Shown in pieces: positions 58,048 through 64,000 of a stretch of 64,000 nt of DNA. Origin of the DNA: Octopus vulgaris. Its lineage: Eukaryota. Position 1 is the first letter of the stretch; every line of letters starts with the position of its first letter. The stretch lies in assembly GCA_951406725.2 (NCBI GenBank), contig OX597827.1, positions 37,696,001-37,760,000 on the forward strand. The letters run 5' to 3'. The notes beneath the pieces are model-generated. The model had not been told where the DNA came from. It was given only the letters and a program-made list of their open reading frames with translations, and made no database searches. A program made the position numbers and the translations under genes.

Positions 58048-58199
58048 TGCTGACGGACGGGGCCGTTGGTATCGCTTTCATTTTATCATTTTTTTCGTTT
58101 AACAATTCATGTTCATAAAGTTTAATTATAATGTTCTATGTCCCCATGTTTTGTTATGTCCGCCATTCTTCGTAGCCCCTTAGTGGGTAATAAAGAAAT

Positions 58200-58500
58200 C
58201 ACATGGAGGAAAGCACCTTCGAAAAGTGTCTTGGTACGACTATGAAAGGTATCTAATCAGAGGCGGTAAATTCGCCACAATAGAAGCAAGGTTCGAGTCA
58301 ACGGAGCGTGCAAGGGAGTACTCGACTCGAACTTTCAAAGTGGAAATATTTTATTTTTACCTTTATATCTGGGACGTAGGACGTCCCGGAAAAAAATAAA
58401 AAATACCCCCCCCCCCCCCGAAGTAGAGGTAGGCCGGATTGTAGCCACAATTCTATACAAGAGGGAGGACAAGATACAATTGATCGAAATTGCAAGAGAC
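58200..58500 (+). pseudogene. ORF1 relic, family C, right part
   Basis: HMEESTFEKCL / YLIRGGKFATIEARFESTERAREYSTRTF / ILFLPLYLGRRTSR / PEVEVGRIVATILYKREDKIQLIEI aligns collinearly with A and B (RGRKYATVVVYFKTEEEAKK, LLPSYCGRR, PNVEAEWIVAAVISGHEDEVDIL). Confidence 0.85.
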
Positions 58501-58636
58501 GGGCTTACGTATTGTTATCACTAGCGATATCAAGATATAACTTTGTATTTTGTATTTTATGTGTAGATGTATATATATAGATATACATGTAATATGTACA
58601 CATATATATACACATATATACATGCACTAGCACTAT

Positions 58637-58667
58637 GACCCGGCAACGACGGGTCTTTAATGCTAGT
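58637..58667 (+). mobile_element. Helitron 3' terminus (hairpin + CTAG)
   Basis: GACCCG-gcaacga-CGGGTC, then tttaatg CTAG|T. Confidence 0.7.
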
Positions 58668-59380
58668 ATATATATACGCGCATGTGTGGTGTGTGTACAA
58701 CGAACATCTATTTCTCTATAGCATACTGCGGTCACGCAGTGATGCGCATTGAAGATTTTATTTAATCAATTGTATTGAGTCAAGTTATTTGTCTAATATT
58801 CGTATAATCGATCTCTATTTAACGAATCGTTGAAATCTCCGAATTATTAAGGATAAAATTGAATTTAAATTATCACAACTAATAGAAAAAAGTTTCGTGC
58901 TCTCTGTTGGTCAGGGTCTGACCTGTTCTATGGCTACCATCTTTTTACAACTGATTAAATTGTTTTCTTTTTTATCTTTATTTTCTCTGTTCGTGTTTTT
59001 TCTATTATAACATTTTTGTTTCTTTTATAAGAGATATCCACTAGTATGTTAATGTATTAACACATTTTCCTTCGTGCTGTTTATGAAATTCTAAACCTTT
59101 AATGCGATGCCGTGCTATTTGAATTGCTATGGGAATGTTATACATGACGTTGGTAGTTGTAGAGGTGGTTGTAGTCAACGGTAGTCTGTAATCTCAACCC
59201 AACCGTAAAAATAATTATCCTATGATGTTATCGGAGACGTGTTATTTTAGAGAAAAAAAAACTAATTCTAGAAATTGTAGCATTTGAAGATTTGTAGTGA
59301 TTATTGAAGCAGCGATAATCAAATAAACAATAAGTCTTTAAGATTTTCTCCTTTTTTTAGTTCTTTACTACTACTACTAC

Positions 59381-59423
<43 letters not shown>

Positions 59424-59426
<3 letters not shown>

Positions 59427-59963
59427 CAAAGAAAACCAAACCTGGGAAGAAATCAAACCTGGAGAAGTAAAATTGAAAAAGAGATTGAATTTATGAGAGG
59501 GGAAATATCAATATTAAATGAACTAATATGTGGAAATGATGTAAGATCCAGAACAGGAAGAAAAATGAAGAGAAAATTTGGATCCTCACCAAGAGAAGAA
59601 CTGATATTAATAAAAGAAACGCTGAAACAAAAAGTCCAAGCAAAAGCCCAAAGAATACGAAGATTTGAGAAGAGAAACAAGTTTTACAAGCAAAATAAGC
59701 TGTTCACATCCAATGCCAAAAAATTCTACAGAGAAATAGGGAAGGAGAAAGTAACCGTTAAAGACCCCCCTCCCATGGAAGAAGTTCAAAACTTTTGGAA
59801 AAGGATTTGGAGTGACAAGAAGACGTATAACATAAATGCAGACTGGATTATACAAACAGAAGGATCCTACCAAAATTTACAACAACAAGCATGGGAAGAC
59901 ATCACAATAGCAGACCTAAGAAAGGCACTCACGAAGGCCCATAATCGGAAATCCCCCGGTAAA
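59424..59963 (+). mobile_element. R4/Dong internal fragment upstream of the RT domain, between (TAA)n tracts
   Basis: ORF 59493-59966; its last ~200 bp duplicate the start of the downstream copy. Confidence 0.85.
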
Positions 59964-59980
59964 TAATAATGATGATGATG

Positions 59981-60030
<50 letters not shown>

Positions 60031-60033
<3 letters not shown>

Positions 60034-62610
60034 GACCCCCCCTCCCATGGAAGAAGTCCAAAACTTTTGGAAAAGGATTTGGAGTGACGAGAAGACGTAC
60101 AACATAAATGCAGACTGGATTATACAAACAGAAGTATCCTACCAAAATTTACAACAAGCATGGGAAGACATCACAATAGCAGACCTAAGAAAGGCACTCA
60201 CGAAGACCCATAATTGGAAATCCCCCGGTAAAGATAGGGTGCCGAATTTCTGGCTCGCATCGCTCCCATGCGCACACGGTAAGCTAGTTCAGCTGCTCAA
60301 TGGAATTATGAGAGACTCAAAGAAAACACCTGAATGGTTAGCAAGTGGTATTACTTACCTACTCCCTAAGAATAACGAAACCAAACTTCCAAAAAACTAT
60401 CGGCCTATAACCTGTTTATCCACCACGTATAAAATCCTAACATCTATCCTGGCGGAGAAAACATATGCATTCATGGAGAAGAACGATATTTTCCCCATTG
60501 AACAAAAAGGATGCCGCCGTGGCTCATACAGATGCAAAGATCAACTGCTAATTAATCGTATGATCCTTGAGAACTGTCACAACAAGCGCAGAAATCTCAG
60601 CTCCGCATGGATTGACTATAAGAATGCCTTCGACAGTATACCACATCCATGGATCTTGAGATCGCTGGACATCTTCAAAATTTCCCCTGTGATTTCAAGC
60701 TTCCTGAAGCACAATATGTCGTTGTGGAATACGAATCTCCAATTATACCACTCTAATAGAGTACTTGCCTCAGAAAATATAAACATCAACTGTGGAATTT
60801 TTCAAGGTGACTCACTTTCACCTTTAATATTCTGCATAGCCCTAATACCCCTTACAAGTGAATTAAACAGAACAAGGTATGGGTATAAAATTGCCAATAA
60901 AAAAATAAGCCATCTATTTTATATGGATGACTTAAAATTCTATGGTAAAGACGATAATGAACTTGAAGGCCTATTGCGCACTGTGAAAGCATTCAGCGAT
61001 GACATCGGGATGGATTTTGGGCTTGAGAAGTGTGCCAAGGCCACTTTCAAGAAAGGGAAAGTGAAGACCACAAATTCAGTCGTGTTAGATGTTGACACAG
61101 TCATAAGAGAGCTTGAGCAAGAACAAACCTACAAATATTTAGGGATAAATGAAGGCTCTGGTATTCAGCATGCAAGCATGAAAGAGAAGATCAGGAAGGA
61201 ATGTTATAGGAGAGTTCGAGCAGTCCTGAAATCTGAACTAAATGCACGTAATAAGGTGTTAGCTATAAATTCCTTACCAGTTCCAGTTGTTACTTATAGC
61301 TACAATGTGTTGAACTGGAATATGAGTGAAGTAAAGAATATAGATAGGAAAATACGCAAGCTGCTGAGTTGTAATAGGATGCACCACCCAAAGGCAGACG
61401 TAGATCGCCTTTACTTTCCCAGATCCCAAGGAGGTCGAGGCCTGATCCAATTTGAACTAGCTTACAAAACAACCACTATTGGACTGGCCAAATATCTCGA
61501 AATAACGAATGACTGGATGCTAAAGCTCGTGGCAAATCACGAGAGACGAAAGAAGCTTCATTCTATCATAAAGGAAAGCACCCAAACTGAACAACCCGAG
61601 GGAAGTACGGCAACTATTGTTGCAAAGAAGGTGAAAATAATGGCAAAGAAAAAAGCGCACGAGGCTGATAGGTGGGAGGAGAAACCCTGCACGGCAAATA
61701 TGTGGCCCGCAGCAAACAAGCTGATGTTGACCAGAAGGAAACCCATCAGTGACTACGGAGCTCAGGGCTAAATGCAGAGAGCGAAGGTTTTATCCTGGCA
61801 GCTCAAGATCAAAGCCTATTAACCCGGAACTACCAGGCCAATGTGATGAAAAATGGAGCAGACTCAAAATGCCGATTCTGCAACGACATGATTGAAACAG
61901 TGGACCACCTAATCTCTGGATGTAAAGTCTTAGCACCAGTGGAGTATAAATTAAGACATGACTGAGTTGGCCAATATCTACACTGGCTAATAAGTCGGCA
62001 TTACAATATCAAAACTGCCGACAAGTGGTATAATCACCACCCTGAATCTGTAACTGAAGGAGAAAATGTAACGATTTTGTGCGACACTCCAGTACATACA
62101 GACCGAACCATCAAAGCCAATAAACCAGATATTGTTGTGAAAGACCAAAACAATAAAGTTTGCTTATTGATCGACATGAGCATCCCCTGTGATCATAAAA
62201 TCTCGGTGAAAGAATTTGACAAGCTCCGAAAATATAAAGACCTGCTCATTGAAATTGAGAAAATGTGGCATCTCAAGGCGGTTACAATACCAGTGATCGT
62301 AGGAGCACTAGGAATGATCAAGAAGGGAACCGAAAATTATATGAGAATGATCCCTGGATTACCATCACTGCAAGAAGTGCAAAAGATTGTCTTAACTGGT
62401 ACATCACACGTATTGAGAAGAGCATTGTCGATGTGAGAACTATTACCACCCATGTATTTTAATTTAACTTTAAAAAAAAATGAACGAACTAGTGAGTTTA
62501 GTTTAATGGCCTAGCAATGTATACTATGAGTTTCTTTGCCCTAGGAGTCGGGAAGACACTCGGCAAGAAATAGAAGCAAATTTGAAAGAAGAAAAAAAAA
62601 GGAAGAAAAA
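60031..62610 (+). mobile_element. R4/Dong-clade retrotransposon copy 2 (5'-truncated, frameshift and stop), in (TAA)n
   Basis: ORFs 59969-61771 and 62077-62436 are close homologues of 28617-31046; same 3' UTR; (TAA)n tail. Confidence 0.9.
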
Positions 62611-62617
62611 TAATAAC

Positions 62618-62667
<50 letters not shown>

Positions 62668-62835
62668 TAATAATAATAATAATAGAGTCAAAATTAAAAG
62701 AAGAGTGTCATTGTTATCTAGTGAACGATATTTCGACATCTTGTGTGTCTTCAAAAAATAAATTTGTCAAGAAAGGTATGTATAAATAACTTTCTTTGGC
62801 GCACACACACACACACATACTTAAAGTTCTGTATG

Positions 62836-62879
<44 letters not shown>

Positions 62880-63650
62880 CTGTGCGGTAAATTACAGCCC
62901 AAATCCAATGGAAACTACCTTTTCCCATTCTGTCATTCCTGTTTGTGATGTGTGTATTTAAAAACCTGATCTTTCATTTAAACTCACAAGGAAGTTATCT
63001 CGCAAATCCTGTCCTTTACCTGTTGTTTCTTTTCTCAATTTACATTCCTATGTTTTCCATACAGGAGATTTGTATTTTGCCTGAAAGCCGATAGCTGATG
63101 GGTAGCCGAGTATTTCTTTAAAAAAAATTTAAATTTTCAAAAACAAATTATATTTTCCACCTTTGTAATCTCTGTATTTTTCCATGTCGATAATAAACAA
63201 AATTCGAAAATTAGTTAAAAATTAGGAAATTTCGGTCGGGAGGGGAGAAATTATAATTTTGAAAACGTGATTTCTGGGCAAAATCATATTAACTCCTCTT
63301 TAGTCTATGAAACAGTATATAGTTTGTGATTCATCTTAAGAATATAAACAAATTTCATGCAAATTTTAATCCCAGCCACTTCACTTCTGAACAAACAATA
63401 ATTTCCATTATTATTGTAATCCACTCTACTTATATATCAGCTAACAGAATGCATTATGCTTATCAACACAGAACATACCCAAATCATTTAGAGTTTACCG
63501 CTTCTTCTCATAATAACGGTATACATATTGACATATGAATTTTTCCTCATCTCTTCATTCGTTACTAAAAAGTGAAATTATTCAATGCACACATTCAAAC
63601 TGCTATGTCTTCCATCTTATATATTACTTAATCGTTCGCTCTTTTCAGCC

Positions 63651-64000
63651 ATGCCACCAAAACGAAGACATTGTAATTTATCTCCACAAACAAGGGCCGC
63701 AAAGAAAACTGCCTCTATTCGTGCTCAAGAAAACTCACTTCAGCGATGCCCAAATGTACAATATTTCAAAATGAACACCGACGGCAGAAGTTCTGCTCCA
63801 AACTACACTTATTGTCTCGGATGAATGCACGATGGCACACTGTCGTGCATTAGAAGCCCTAGATAGGTCATTAACGGATATTAGAAACAATACTATTATA
63901 GGGGTAAGCATAACTGTTGTCCTTGCAGGGGCTTTCCGTCAAATATTACCAGTCATACCACGGGGTTCGGGAGCTAATGAGATCTATTCGTATCTGAAGT
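63651..64000 (+). pseudogene. Internally deleted Helitron Rep-helicase relic (PIF1-type helicase motifs)
   Basis: YNISK*TPTAEVLLQTTLIVSDECTMAHCRALEALDRSLTDIRNN..ITVVLAGAFRQILPVIPRGS corresponds to PIF1 motifs II and III. Confidence 0.85.

Larger units (their letters stand above)
40088..58199 (+). mobile_element. Head-to-tail array of family B ORF1-only elements: B1 40088-41825, truncated t1 41828-42176, B2 42181-43927, B3 43933-45682, truncated t2 45690-45970, B4 45976-47719, B5 47725-49465, B6 49471-51214, B7 51219-52966, B8 52972-54718, B9 54724-56461, B10 ~56467-58199
   Basis: Near-identical ~1.75 kb units; all twelve have an intact 3' end; no RT or endonuclease in any frame. Confidence 0.93.

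Noticed and set aside
40088-58199. Array read as an LTR retrotransposon or CRISPR-like repeat-spacer locus
   Set aside because: No TG..CA LTRs, PBS, protease, RT or integrase; units are 1.75 kb coding repeats with only 1-7 nt spacers
59969-60030. Poly-Met/Ile N-terminus of the 600 aa RT ORF
   Set aside because: Read-through of the (TGA)n/(TAA)n target microsatellite

Overview
AT-rich, microsatellite-saturated eukaryotic DNA. The repeat landscape ((CA)n, (TACA)n, (GATA)n, (TAA)n, tRNA-derived SINEs) looks like an octopus/cephalopod genome; that assignment is an inference. Most short ORFs in the track are microsatellite artefacts. Recognisable elements include two R4/Dong-type RT-REL retrotransposons sitting in (TAA)n, an older R4-like relic, an RTE 3' end, mariner, hAT, Tigger and Helitron relics, many SINEs, a Merlin-like foldback element filled with telomere-like repeats, and several palindromes. 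The main discovery is a ~20 kb head-to-tail array (38292-58199) of ~1.75 kb RT-less retroelements, each encoding only a Tx1/L1-type ORF1 with a CCHC knuckle (HAL1-like). The array holds one copy of family A, ten full-length copies of family B and two 5'-truncated B copies. It splits a degenerate ORF1 of a third family (C), and most internal junctions carry a piece of the same target sequence (CACATG), pointing to repeated insertion at one site. The elements share termini, a 3' RNA hairpin and a 3' tail; the same tail also occurs on a tandem SINE in this window. The whole structure appears nested in a non-autonomous Helitron. All comparisons were made by eye.
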